NCBI GenBank assembly: GCA_051886555.1
Contig: JBJEYG010000393.1
Coordinates: forward strand, 1-42,330
Length of the DNA stretch: 42,330 bases
Reading direction: 5' to 3'
Origin: Gemmiger sp.
GTDB taxonomy: Bacteria; Bacillota; Clostridia; Oscillospirales; Ruminococcaceae
The translations under genes and the position numbers were made by a program. Within the stretch, counting starts at the first letter, position 1; each line of letters opens with the position of its first letter. Below, one piece after another: positions 8,740 to 17,238 of the stretch. The notes below the pieces were generated by a model. The model had not been told where the DNA came from. It made no database searches and saw only the letters and a list, made by a program, of their open reading frames with translations.

Positions 8740-9759
8740 TCATTGTTTTGGTTTGTGCATTCTGCCCGCCGCCCACAGGGCGAAGCGCGGCCCGAAGCAT
8801 TTCATCATCAGGCGGTAAGCGGTCTGTGCGGCGCCGCCGGTGCGGCTCTGCTCGCCGCAGTCATACAGTTCGCGGCAGCGGGCCATGCGCGGGGCGCAGG
8901 CGGCGCGCAGTTCCGCGTCAGGCACGGCGGCGGCGCGGGCCTCCGGCCAGAAGGCGTTGCCCGCCCGGCGCAGCACCTCGCGCTGTTCCGCCTCAGTATA
9001 CGCCCCGGTTGTGAACAGCGCGTGAAAATGTTCCAGCGCCGCCACAATACCGTCAAAGTGTTTGGGCAGATTGGCGTTCATCAGGCTGCCCGCCCGGTTG
9101 GCGCGGTAGATGGTAAACACCACGTCCACAAAACAAATTTTCCGGCAGGCGTGCAGCAGTTCCAGGTCAAAGGGCCAGTCCTCGGCCCAGCGCACATTCT
9201 CGCAGAAAGTCACGCCCGTGTCGGCCAGCCACCGGCGCCGGATGCAGAACTTCCACACCGACCACCCGCAGGAATCGTACAGCCGCTCCACCCGCCGGGT
9301 GAAATCGTCGCTTTCAAATCCGCCGGGTTCCAGGTGGTACCGGGGTTCCACCGTCTCACCGGTGGCCTCCTGATATTGCAGGTAGCGCCCCGCATACCAG
9401 TCGTAACCGGGATTCCGGTCCAGGGCGGCGCGCAGCTGCTGCAGCATGCCGCCGGGCCAGCAGTCGTCGCTGTCCAAAAACAGCAGCCACTCCCCTTTTG
9501 CCGCCGCGATCCCGGTGTTGCGCGCCCCCGCCAGGCCTTTGTTCTGCTGGCGGATCACCCGCACGCCGGGGCACTCCTCCGCCAGCGCCAGGCACATGGC
9601 GCCGCTCCGGTCGGTGGAGCCGTCGTCCACCAGAATACACTCCCAGTCAGCGGGCCCCTGCTGCTCCACCACGCTCTTTACGCAGGCGCACAGGTAATTC
9701 TGCACGTTGTACACCGGCACAATCACCGAAAAACGCGGCGTCTCCTTTCGTTCGGGCAT
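8740..9759 (-). CDS. Family 2 glycosyltransferase
   Basis: SVIVPVYN, VDDGSTD, ARNTG, FLDSDD and AED motifs. Confidence 0.93.
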   Translation of the reverse strand: MPERKETPRFSVIVPVYNVQNYLCACVKSVVEQQGPADWECILVDDGSTDRSGAMCLALAEECPGVRVIRQQNKGLAGARNTGIAAAKGEWLLFLDSDDCWPGGMLQQLRAALDRNPGYDWYAGRYLQYQEATGETVEPRYHLEPGGFESDDFTRRVERLYDSCGWSVWKFCIRRRWLADTGVTFCENVRWAEDWPFDLELLHACRKICFVDVVFTIYRANRAGSLMNANLPKHFDGIVAALEHFHALFTTGAYTEAEQREVLRRAGNAFWPEARAAAVPDAELRAACAPRMARCRELYDCGEQSRTGGAAQTAYRLMMKCFGPRFALWAAGRMHKPKQ

Positions 9760-9783
9760 GGGCGTTCTCCTTTCTTATCCGGC

Positions 9784-10722
9784 TCAGCCGGCGGCGATCT
9801 TCTGGAAATCAGGCTGGTACAGCGCGGTGCGCTTGCCGTTGGCGTACCAGCGGTCGGGGGCGAACACCCGCTTGTCTTTCGCGTTGCCCAGGTACTGCGC
9901 CCACCAGCTGAAGGTAGAATTGCTCAGCACAAAATGGCGGCACCGCTGCATCAGCGCCAGGTCATCGGCCGCCGTGCGGTCGCCTCCGGCAAATACCGTG
10001 GGCAGACCCGCGGTGTTCAGGTACTGCCGCGCCCAGGCTGTGTCATCCGAAAAGACAAACAGCGTTGCTTCCGGGTATTGCTGTTTGACCTCGGCGGCGG
10101 CACGGGCATAGTAAGCCGGACCGCACACCTGCAAGGGCGCGTTGGCGGGGTTGAGGTAATCGCCCCGCCGGATGTGCACGCACACCGGGCAGCGTGCCGC
10201 GGCGATCTGTTCTGCCAGCGCCGCGCCGGAGGGCGTGCGGGCGGGATCCTGCACCGGGCGCAACTCCGCCCGGATGACCGAACGGTACGGGGCGAAGTAG
10301 GCTTCGCCCTGGAAATACCCCCACAGCAGAAAATCTTTGGCAAATCCCCGGTGAACGGGCACATAACCGTCGGTGGCAAAATGCAGCCCGCACAGGTTGA
10401 ACAGCGGGGCCATATGCCGCTCGAAGCCGTTCCAGTCGCGGGCCATCATGCCGCCGCGCTGTTCCCGCCGGATGGCAAAGGCCTTGCAGGCGTTGGCCAG
10501 CGGCAGATGCTCTTTGGCAAAACCCGCGCCCGACGCAAACTGCACCTCCGGGCTGATGGTCAACTGCCCCAGCCCGCAGACGGTGTGGGCGGGCGCGCCC
10601 TCCTTCCAGTCCTGCCGGTCAATCAGGGTCACCGGTTCCCGGTGGGCAAGGCCCAGCGCCCGCGCGAAGGCGTAGACAAACATCTGGTTGCCCAGCCCGC
10701 CGCTGAGTTCGGCATAGATCAT
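9784..10722 (-). CDS. Alpha-1,2-fucosyltransferase (GT11)
   Basis: GGLGNQMF, GYFQ, HIRRGDY, FSDD and NSTFSWW motifs; start at ATG 10722 after AAAGGA. Confidence 0.92.
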   Translation of the reverse strand: MIYAELSGGLGNQMFVYAFARALGLAHREPVTLIDRQDWKEGAPAHTVCGLGQLTISPEVQFASGAGFAKEHLPLANACKAFAIRREQRGGMMARDWNGFERHMAPLFNLCGLHFATDGYVPVHRGFAKDFLLWGYFQGEAYFAPYRSVIRAELRPVQDPARTPSGAALAEQIAAARCPVCVHIRRGDYLNPANAPLQVCGPAYYARAAAEVKQQYPEATLFVFSDDTAWARQYLNTAGLPTVFAGGDRTAADDLALMQRCRHFVLSNSTFSWWAQYLGNAKDKRVFAPDRWYANGKRTALYQPDFQKIAAG

Positions 10723-10747
10723 GGCAAATCGTCCTTTCTTTGCCTGT

Positions 10748-11848
10748 TCAGCCCGCCAGCCGGTCGTACAGCCGTTCCATACGGCGGGCGGCGGTTTTGA
10801 GTTCATAGCCGGCGGCTTCCAGTTCCGGCCAGTGATCGGCGTGTTCGCCGCCGGGGGCGATACCGTCCGCCAGCGCCGCCCACTCCTCAAAGGGAGCGCT
10901 CAGCGGCAGGAAACGCACCAGCCCGGTCACGGCGCCGTCATCCGGCACGTTGGTGGATGCCAGGCAGGGAACGCCGCAGCCCTGCGCTTCCACCAGCGTG
11001 ACGGGGCTGCCCTCAAAATTGCTGGGCAGCAAAAACAGGTCGAAGGCGTTCATATAGGCTGGCACGTCGTTTTGCACGCCCGCGAAAATCACCCGGTCGG
11101 ACACGCCCAGCGCCTCGGCTTTCCGGCGCATGGGCTGCTCCTCCTCCCCGCCGCCCACCAGCAGCAGCAGCCAGCGGGGGTCCTGCCGCGCCATGGCGGC
11201 AAACACATCCAGCAGGTAAAGGGGATTTTTCTGGTGATTGAGCCGCCCCACAAAGCCCGCCACCCGGTCGTTTTCCGTCAGGCCGTACTGCGCCCGCAAA
11301 CGGGCGCGGGCGGCGGCGTCGGGGTGAAAGCGCTCCCTGTCCACCGCGTTGCAGGCCACCGAAAAGTTGGGCTTGCGGTCAATGCGCGCGCCGAACACAA
11401 ACCGCCCGGCCGCCACGCCGCAGCCGAGGAAGTAATGGGCGGACGCCTGATAGATCACATGGGCGGCATGCCAGGCCAGCGTCAGCGGCGGATAAACGAT
11501 GTGGCTGTGCACCACCAGTTTTGCCCGCGGGCAGAGCGCGCGGATCATCACGCAGACGGGCGCGCCGATCTTGCTGGCGGTGTGGTAGTGGACAATATCA
11601 TAGTCGTGGTGGGCGCGCAGATGGCGGTACAGCGCGCGGATGCGTTCCTTTTTGTTGTCCTGCACCGGGAGGATACGCACGCCGGCCGCCTCCAGCGCGG
11701 GTGCGGTGGAAGCCTGGTCGGGCGGGCACCTGCCCACGAGCAGATCCACCTGATAGGCGGCGGTGTCCATATTCAGCAGCAGGTTCTGCACATAGCGCTG
11801 CACGCCGCTCTGCACGCCCAGATGGTTGGAAATCATCAGGATCTTCAT
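10748..11848 (-). CDS. Family 4 glycosyltransferase (EpsF-like)
   Basis: VGRLNHQKN and PSNFEGSPVTLVEAQ (EX7E) motifs. Start overlaps the upstream stop (TAATG). Confidence 0.92.
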   Translation of the reverse strand: MKILMISNHLGVQSGVQRYVQNLLLNMDTAAYQVDLLVGRCPPDQASTAPALEAAGVRILPVQDNKKERIRALYRHLRAHHDYDIVHYHTASKIGAPVCVMIRALCPRAKLVVHSHIVYPPLTLAWHAAHVIYQASAHYFLGCGVAAGRFVFGARIDRKPNFSVACNAVDRERFHPDAAARARLRAQYGLTENDRVAGFVGRLNHQKNPLYLLDVFAAMARQDPRWLLLLVGGGEEEQPMRRKAEALGVSDRVIFAGVQNDVPAYMNAFDLFLLPSNFEGSPVTLVEAQGCGVPCLASTNVPDDGAVTGLVRFLPLSAPFEEWAALADGIAPGGEHADHWPELEAAGYELKTAARRMERLYDRLAG

Positions 11849-12747
11849 TACCAGTAGCTACCGCCTTCCACTTTTTCCTTGTTTTGGGGTTGTTCGTCCG
11901 CGCCGGGGCGCACCCAGGCATCGTTGTACAGACGGGAGATCTCGGGGTGGGTATCCCACCGCTTGCCCTTGATGCCGAACAGCAGCTGCGTGGCGCCGCT
12001 CATCTGGATGGCGGCATGACCGGTGTCCCGCGCGTGGGCGGCCAACGGCAGACCGTAAGCCCCCGCGCCGATGACGGCCACCTCATAGTCCGCCTCATCC
12101 ATCCGGCGCTCCATGTCGGCCAGCGCGGCAAACCAGTCGGGGTAACCGGTCTCCTGCCCGGCCAGGCCCTGCACCGCCTGTACCACCGTCAGGCCGGCAA
12201 AGGCCGGCAGAACGTCCCGGCCGGGGAACAGTTGCTCCCGCTTGCGGTACTGGGCCAATATGGTGTTTTTAAAGGGATGCACCACCAGCACCCGTTTGCC
12301 CGCCAGCGCGGCGGACCAGGGCTGGGGATGGTAGTACGGCTCCAGTGCCCGCAGCCTGGTAAACGTGGTATCCCGGCAGCCTCGGATGACCTCCCGCTCG
12401 GCGCCCACATCCCAGACGGCCAGCAGATCGGCGCTCTGGGCGCAGGCAATGTACCGTGCGCAGAACCGGCGCAGCGTTTCGTCGTCGGTGGGAAACACGC
12501 CCGAAAGGTCGCGGATCTCCCGCCGGGTCCTGTCGGTAAAACCGCCGCGCAGGTATTCGGCGGCGGTACGCATCTCGGTGGCGCCGCAGCGTCCGGCCAG
12601 AAACGGCTCGCCCCGGCGCAGCGCGGCGGCGATCCAGTCGTTGCCCGCCCGGGCTTCGGTCACCGTAACGCCGCGGTATTTCAGCCCGAACCGGGCGTCC
12701 TTGATCAGGTTCCGCGCTTTTTGCAGCAGCGCACTGTCGTTGTCCAT
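11848..12747 (-). CDS. Conserved polysaccharide-locus protein, possibly GT-D-fold-like
   Basis: GRCGATE, LAGKRVLVVHPF and IGAGAYGLPLA...GATQLLFGI patterns, recalled from capsule-locus proteins; CAGGAG RBS before ATG 12747. Confidence 0.6.
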   Translation of the reverse strand: MDNDSALLQKARNLIKDARFGLKYRGVTVTEARAGNDWIAAALRRGEPFLAGRCGATEMRTAAEYLRGGFTDRTRREIRDLSGVFPTDDETLRRFCARYIACAQSADLLAVWDVGAEREVIRGCRDTTFTRLRALEPYYHPQPWSAALAGKRVLVVHPFKNTILAQYRKREQLFPGRDVLPAFAGLTVVQAVQGLAGQETGYPDWFAALADMERRMDEADYEVAVIGAGAYGLPLAAHARDTGHAAIQMSGATQLLFGIKGKRWDTHPEISRLYNDAWVRPGADEQPQNKEKVEGGSYW

Positions 12748-12764
12748 CTTGTTCTCCTGTTCGT

Positions 12765-13883
12765 TTACGGTCGAATGCCGTTCGCGGCCAGCATAGCCAG
12801 TACCGTCTGTGCGCTGGACTGCCACAAAAACCGCTCGCGCACCCGTGCGGCGGCGGCTTCGCCCATTGCGGGGCCTTCGGCGGCGCGCTGTACGGCGGCG
12901 GCCAGCGCGGGGATCCCGTCCGCCAGCAGGCCGGATACGCCGTCCTCAATAATGCAGTCGGGGCCGGGGGCGTGGCGGGCCACCGGCGGGCAGCCGGCGT
13001 ACATCGCTTCCAGCAGGCTCATGCCAAAAATTTCCTGATCGTTCAGGTTGACAAACACATCGCAGGCGCGGTAATAGCCGTGCACCTGCTCGTTGGGCAG
13101 TCGGGGAATGCGCAGGCAACGCTCCGAAACGCCCTGCGCCGCCAGCGCCTCGTCCAGCGCGCCGTCCAGTGCGCCCTGCCCGATGATGACCGCCCGCCAG
13201 CAACCGGGCAGCGCCGCAAGCAGCGGAGCCAGATCCAGCGGACGCTTGTAGCTGTCGATGCGCCCCACAAAGATCAGATACTTTGCCGCCGCATCCAGCC
13301 CCAGGTCGGCGCGGGCCTGCGCCCGGGTGCGCGTTTCCTGCGGGATGATGGCGGTATCCAGCCCCACCGGCAGCACCCCGGCGCAGGGCACACCCAGCGA
13401 TTCCAGCTCGGCGGCTACGGCGGGCGTCTTGGCAAAGGCGGGCGTCTCGCGGTAGACGCGCAGATTGCGCCGCGCCAGCAGATCCATCACCCGGCGCACC
13501 GCAGGGTTGGCGGAATCGCTGTGCGCAATACCGATCTGGTTGTAAAAGAAAATGCCGTGCTTTTTGCAAAAGCGGTACAGCGCCGGGATCCCCAGCTGAT
13601 TGTCGCTCATGGAATGTACCACCTGCACGCCCTCATCCAGCAGGGGCTGCCAGCTTTTGTATACCGAATGGGCCGAGATATGCCGGCAGGGCAAGTAGAC
13701 CACCCGCACATTGGGCGCAACGTCCTCGATCTCCGGCTCAGATGCTCCCGGACGGGGGTAAAACGCCACCGCCCGGCATCCCAACGACGCAAACGCGCGC
13801 GCCAGGCCGACCGCCTGCAGATTGTAAGCGCCCTTCTGGCCGGATGTGCCGCAGTACAGCTGCGGGATCCCGATCGTCAGCAT
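12765..13883 (-). CDS. Family 4 glycosyltransferase
   Basis: FVGRIDSYKR and EIFGMSLLEAM (EX7E) motifs; AAGGAGG RBS. Confidence 0.92.
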   Translation of the reverse strand: MLTIGIPQLYCGTSGQKGAYNLQAVGLARAFASLGCRAVAFYPRPGASEPEIEDVAPNVRVVYLPCRHISAHSVYKSWQPLLDEGVQVVHSMSDNQLGIPALYRFCKKHGIFFYNQIGIAHSDSANPAVRRVMDLLARRNLRVYRETPAFAKTPAVAAELESLGVPCAGVLPVGLDTAIIPQETRTRAQARADLGLDAAAKYLIFVGRIDSYKRPLDLAPLLAALPGCWRAVIIGQGALDGALDEALAAQGVSERCLRIPRLPNEQVHGYYRACDVFVNLNDQEIFGMSLLEAMYAGCPPVARHAPGPDCIIEDGVSGLLADGIPALAAAVQRAAEGPAMGEAAAARVRERFLWQSSAQTVLAMLAANGIRP

Positions 13884-13895
13884 TGGTTTTCCTCC

Positions 13896-14465
13896 TTACT
13901 TTCCGGCAGCAGCCAGATACTCCACCGCCACCGCTTCCAGGCCGCCGCCGCGGCAGTAGCCCGTGATCCGCAAAATGCGTCCGCTTTCCATGCCGCAGAT
14001 TTCCAGCGTACGGGGCCCGACCGCGCACAGCGGAACTTCGCCGTCCGGCCGCCGGACGTAAAATTGAAGGTTCTCCCCGCTGCACACCGGACGGATCCGT
14101 TGGCCGCCAAACGAAAATTCCGCTCCCGCGGATTCCCGCGCGGCGATGCCGTCCGCTTCCGGGGCCTGCCCGCCGAACGGTTCCTCCTGCCGCAAAACGG
14201 TGCGCATTTCGCCCGTTTGTCCATTCTCCACCGGGAAAGCGGCAACGGAATCGGAGTCCCCCTCCGCATACCGGTTGCAGAACAGCCACCAGTTTCCATC
14301 CTGTTCCACCAGCGCCGGGCAGTCCAGCCCCTGCGCCGCCAGCGGACGGTACGCGCCGCCGCCCAGCGCAGGCAATGTGGCCTCGGGGTCGACGGGGCGC
14401 ACCGCAACCGTGCGCACCGGCCGTCTGCCCGCCAGGCGATGCAGCGCGCGGTAAATCTGATTCAT
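13896..14465 (-). CDS. Hypothetical protein resembling a shortened GINT1-N/GH43-like beta-propeller
   Basis: GGAG RBS and ATGA overlap with the upstream GT4. The family resemblance is from memory only. Confidence 0.55.
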   Translation of the reverse strand: MNQIYRALHRLAGRRPVRTVAVRPVDPEATLPALGGGAYRPLAAQGLDCPALVEQDGNWWLFCNRYAEGDSDSVAAFPVENGQTGEMRTVLRQEEPFGGQAPEADGIAARESAGAEFSFGGQRIRPVCSGENLQFYVRRPDGEVPLCAVGPRTLEICGMESGRILRITGYCRGGGLEAVAVEYLAAAGK

Positions 14466-15658
14466 GGCTTCTCCTTCCCGATGGCTGCGGCATACACCGC
14501 CAGCAACGCGCGGTAATTTTCCTCCGCGCCGCAGTCTGCACGGGCGGCGTCGCGGATGGCAGCGCGGTCAAATTGTATCTCGTCCAGGCGGCGCACCGCC
14601 GCGGCCAGCGCCGCGGCGTCGCCGGGGGCAAAGCGCAGGCCGTCCACCCCGTCGGTCACCGAAGCGCCCACGTTGCCCAGATCGCTGGCCAACACCGGCA
14701 CCCCCAGGGCGTGCGCCTCGGCGGGCACCAGCGCAAAGCTCTCGTAACAAAGGCTGGGCGCCACCACGGCACGGCTCTGTGCCATGCGGCGGTGCAGTTC
14801 CTGCGGCGTCACCCGGCCCAGAAATTCCACGCGCGGGCCGGCATTGGCTTTGGCCCACGCGGCCAACGGGCCGTCGCCCGCCACCAGAAGCAGCGGCGCG
14901 TCCTCCCCCAGCAGTTTCCATGCCTCCATCACCGTGCGGATGCCTTTCAGCTCCTCCAGCCGGCCGGCGAAAAGGATCTGGTTCTGCACCGGCACCGGCG
15001 GCAGTTCCTCCACCCTGACGGGGTTCGGTTTGACATGCAGCCGCGCCGGTTCAAACACCGGGCGGCGACCGTTGAATTCCAGCAGTTTTTGCCGGTCAAA
15101 CTCGGTGGGCGTGATCAGCTCCACCCGTTTGTAGGTGCCCAGCAGCCGGTGCACGCCGTACACGGCTGCGCACACAAGGCTCTGGGCGCGGCTGCCCCGG
15201 TAGCAGCGGTGGCGCACCGCGCACCTCAGTCCGTGGCTGGTACACTCCTCGCAAATCGTCCCTCCGCGCAGCAGAACGCCGTTGGGGCAGAACAGCCGGA
15301 AATTGTGCAGCGTCTGCACCACCGGCACTTTTTCACGGAAGCAGGCGTAAAACACCGAGGGGCTGGTCACCAGCAGGGTGTTGTGCACATGCACCAGTTC
15401 GATGTGCTCGCGGCGAATGAGCGCCCGCACCTCCCGCACGGTTTTGGGGCTGTACACAGCGGTAAAGGGCAGCAGCAGCTTTTTCAGCAGGCTCTGGTCT
15501 GCCTCGGCGTTGGTGCGCTCATACACCGTCACCTGATGGCCGTGGGCCGCAAGCAGTTCCCGCTCGGCCTCAAATACCGTGTCCTCACCGCCGGCCAACC
15601 GGTAGTGGGTGTGTACCAGAAGAATCCTGTGCGGCACACCGCCCTGCAGCCTGGCCAT
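14462..15658 (-). CDS. Family 4 glycosyltransferase, first gene of the operon
   Basis: GGED, HVHN, TLHNFRLFCP, AGRLEELKG and PSLCYESFALVPAEA motifs; GGAGG RBS. Confidence 0.92.
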   Translation of the reverse strand: MARLQGGVPHRILLVHTHYRLAGGEDTVFEAERELLAAHGHQVTVYERTNAEADQSLLKKLLLPFTAVYSPKTVREVRALIRREHIELVHVHNTLLVTSPSVFYACFREKVPVVQTLHNFRLFCPNGVLLRGGTICEECTSHGLRCAVRHRCYRGSRAQSLVCAAVYGVHRLLGTYKRVELITPTEFDRQKLLEFNGRRPVFEPARLHVKPNPVRVEELPPVPVQNQILFAGRLEELKGIRTVMEAWKLLGEDAPLLLVAGDGPLAAWAKANAGPRVEFLGRVTPQELHRRMAQSRAVVAPSLCYESFALVPAEAHALGVPVLASDLGNVGASVTDGVDGLRFAPGDAAALAAAVRRLDEIQFDRAAIRDAARADCGAEENYRALLAVYAAAIGKEKP

Positions 15659-15684
15659 GCTTTCCTCCCCCCTTTCGGCGCAAA

Positions 15685-15727
15685 AATACTATTATAGTAT
15701 TATACCTGTTTTCGCAGCAAAAGAAAA
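15685..15727 (-). promoter_or_regulatory. Glycan-operon promoter with two TATAAT boxes and an overlapping inverted repeat
   Basis: Minus strand reads GGTATAATACTATAATAGTATT. TTGCTG-N18-TATAAT and TTTTCT-N17-TATAAT are both possible. Confidence 0.65.
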
Positions 15728-15799
15728 GCCCCGCGGCCTTCCCGCCCAAAGCAGGCAGGGAACACCGCGGAGCCTTTCACCGCGCAAGGGGCGGAACCG

Positions 15800-15955
15800 T
15801 CACTTCTGTTCGAAGCTGCGGCAGAAATGCGGGTTATCCACACTCTTGTGGCAGCCGCACTTTTCCGTGACGTGGATCTCCGGCAGCTCGCACTTACAGC
15901 CCTCCAGGTTGTGGGTGCAGGCGCAGACGTCACAGGTAACACCGGTATTTTCCAT
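15800..15955 (-). CDS. Small Cys-rich DUF1540-like protein (51 aa)
   Basis: VTCDVCACTHN..CKC...I.V...CRSF pattern; AAGGTG RBS. Confidence 0.8.
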   Translation of the reverse strand: MENTGVTCDVCACTHNLEGCKCELPEIHVTEKCGCHKSVDNPHFCRSFEQK

Positions 15956-15978
15956 TTCAGTCACCTTCCCTTCGGGGA

Positions 15979-16007
15979 TAGTATGCCCGTCCGGACGGCG
16001 GATAAAC
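15979..16007 (-). promoter_or_regulatory. Forespore SigF/SigG-like promoter
   Basis: GTTTA-N14-GGGCATACTA (GTTTA-N17-CATACTA) just upstream of the DUF1540-like RBS. Confidence 0.55.
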
Positions 16008-16008
16008 C

Positions 16009-16048
16009 CAAAGCGGCCCGCGGGGAAGATTCCCCGCGGGCCGCTTTG
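16009..16048 (-). terminator. Terminator after the aminotransferase
   Basis: 19-bp inverted repeat caaagcggcccgcggggaa/ttccccgcgggccgctttg. Confidence 0.75.
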
Positions 16049-16053
16049 CAGGC

Positions 16054-17238
16054 TCAATAACAGGTTTTGACGAATTTTTCCAGCGCGGGCAGGCTGCGTT
16101 CCACCTTTTCGGTGTCGATGCAGTAGGCCATGCGGAAGTAGCCGGGGCAGCCGAAGCTGTCGCCCGGTACCAGCGTCAGGTCGAAGGCCTGCGCCTTTTT
16201 GCAGAACGCCACCGAATCTTTTTCCAGTGCTTTGGGGAAAATGTAGAAGGTGCCGCCCGGCTTGACCACCGTGAAGCCCAGTTCCCGCAGTTTGGCGTAG
16301 ATCAGTTCCATGTTGCGCTCATACACCGACAGATCGCTGGTCAGATCGATACACTCCGCCACGGCCAGCTGAATGATACTGGGCGGGCAGTTGTGGCCGG
16401 TGCCGCGGCTGATCTGGCCGCACATCAGCGCAATCCGGTCGGCGCCCTCGCAGCGGGGGTTGGCCGCCACATAGCCGATGCGCTCGCCCGGCAGGCTGAG
16501 GCTCTTGCTGAAGGAATAGCAGGTCAGCGTATCGTCGTAAAATTTTGCCGCGTACTGGATGGGCGCGCCGCCGTAGACGATCTCCCGGTACGGCTCGTCG
16601 GAAATCAGGAAAATATGGTGTCCGAACGTTTCGCTGTAGGATTTCAGCAGCCCGGCCAGGCGGGTCAGCGTCTGCGCGCTGTACGCCGCGCCGGAAGGAT
16701 TGTTGGGCGTATTGACCAGAACGGCGGCGGTGTTGGGGGTCAGCATGGCTTCAAACGCGTCAAAGTCGATCTGGAAATCCTCAGTGCGGGGCGGCACCAC
16801 TTTCAGCGTGCAGCCCGCGCCCTCGATGTAAGGCTTATATTCCGGGAAATAAGGCGCGAAGGTCAGCACCTCCTGACCGGGCAGCGCCACGCAGCGCACC
16901 GCGTGGGCCAGCGCCCCCGCCGCGCCGGTGGTCATGAAGATGTGCTCGGTGCGGTAATCCATGCCGAACCGTCGATTCAGGCTTTCGGCCACCGTTTTGC
17001 GTACCGACGAAATGCCCAGCGACGGGCTGTACCCGTGCAGCGCCACCGGCTCCCGCTCGGCCAGCAGCCGCTGCATGGCGGCGGTGAATTCCGGCGGGCA
17101 GGGAACGCTGGGGTTGCCCAGCGAATAGTCGAACACATTTTCGTAGCCGATCTGTGCGCCGCGGGCGGTGCTCCACTCGCTCAGCTCACGGATGACGGAT
17201 TTGCCCTGGAGCATGTCCAGATACTTTTGAACGATCAT
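16054..17238 (-). CDS. Class I/II PLP-dependent (aspartate-type) aminotransferase
   Basis: SLGNP, NTPNNPSG, SDEPY and SFSKSLSLPGERIGY motifs. ATG 17238 overlaps the upstream stop (ATGA). Confidence 0.93.
   Translation of the reverse strand: MIVQKYLDMLQGKSVIRELSEWSTARGAQIGYENVFDYSLGNPSVPCPPEFTAAMQRLLAEREPVALHGYSPSLGISSVRKTVAESLNRRFGMDYRTEHIFMTTGAAGALAHAVRCVALPGQEVLTFAPYFPEYKPYIEGAGCTLKVVPPRTEDFQIDFDAFEAMLTPNTAAVLVNTPNNPSGAAYSAQTLTRLAGLLKSYSETFGHHIFLISDEPYREIVYGGAPIQYAAKFYDDTLTCYSFSKSLSLPGERIGYVAANPRCEGADRIALMCGQISRGTGHNCPPSIIQLAVAECIDLTSDLSVYERNMELIYAKLRELGFTVVKPGGTFYIFPKALEKDSVAFCKKAQAFDLTLVPGDSFGCPGYFRMAYCIDTEKVERSLPALEKFVKTCY

Larger units (their letters stand above)
4544..15658 (-). other. 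Ten-gene surface-glycan biosynthesis operon
   Basis: Co-directional genes with short gaps or overlaps, one upstream promoter region and one downstream terminator. Confidence 0.85.
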
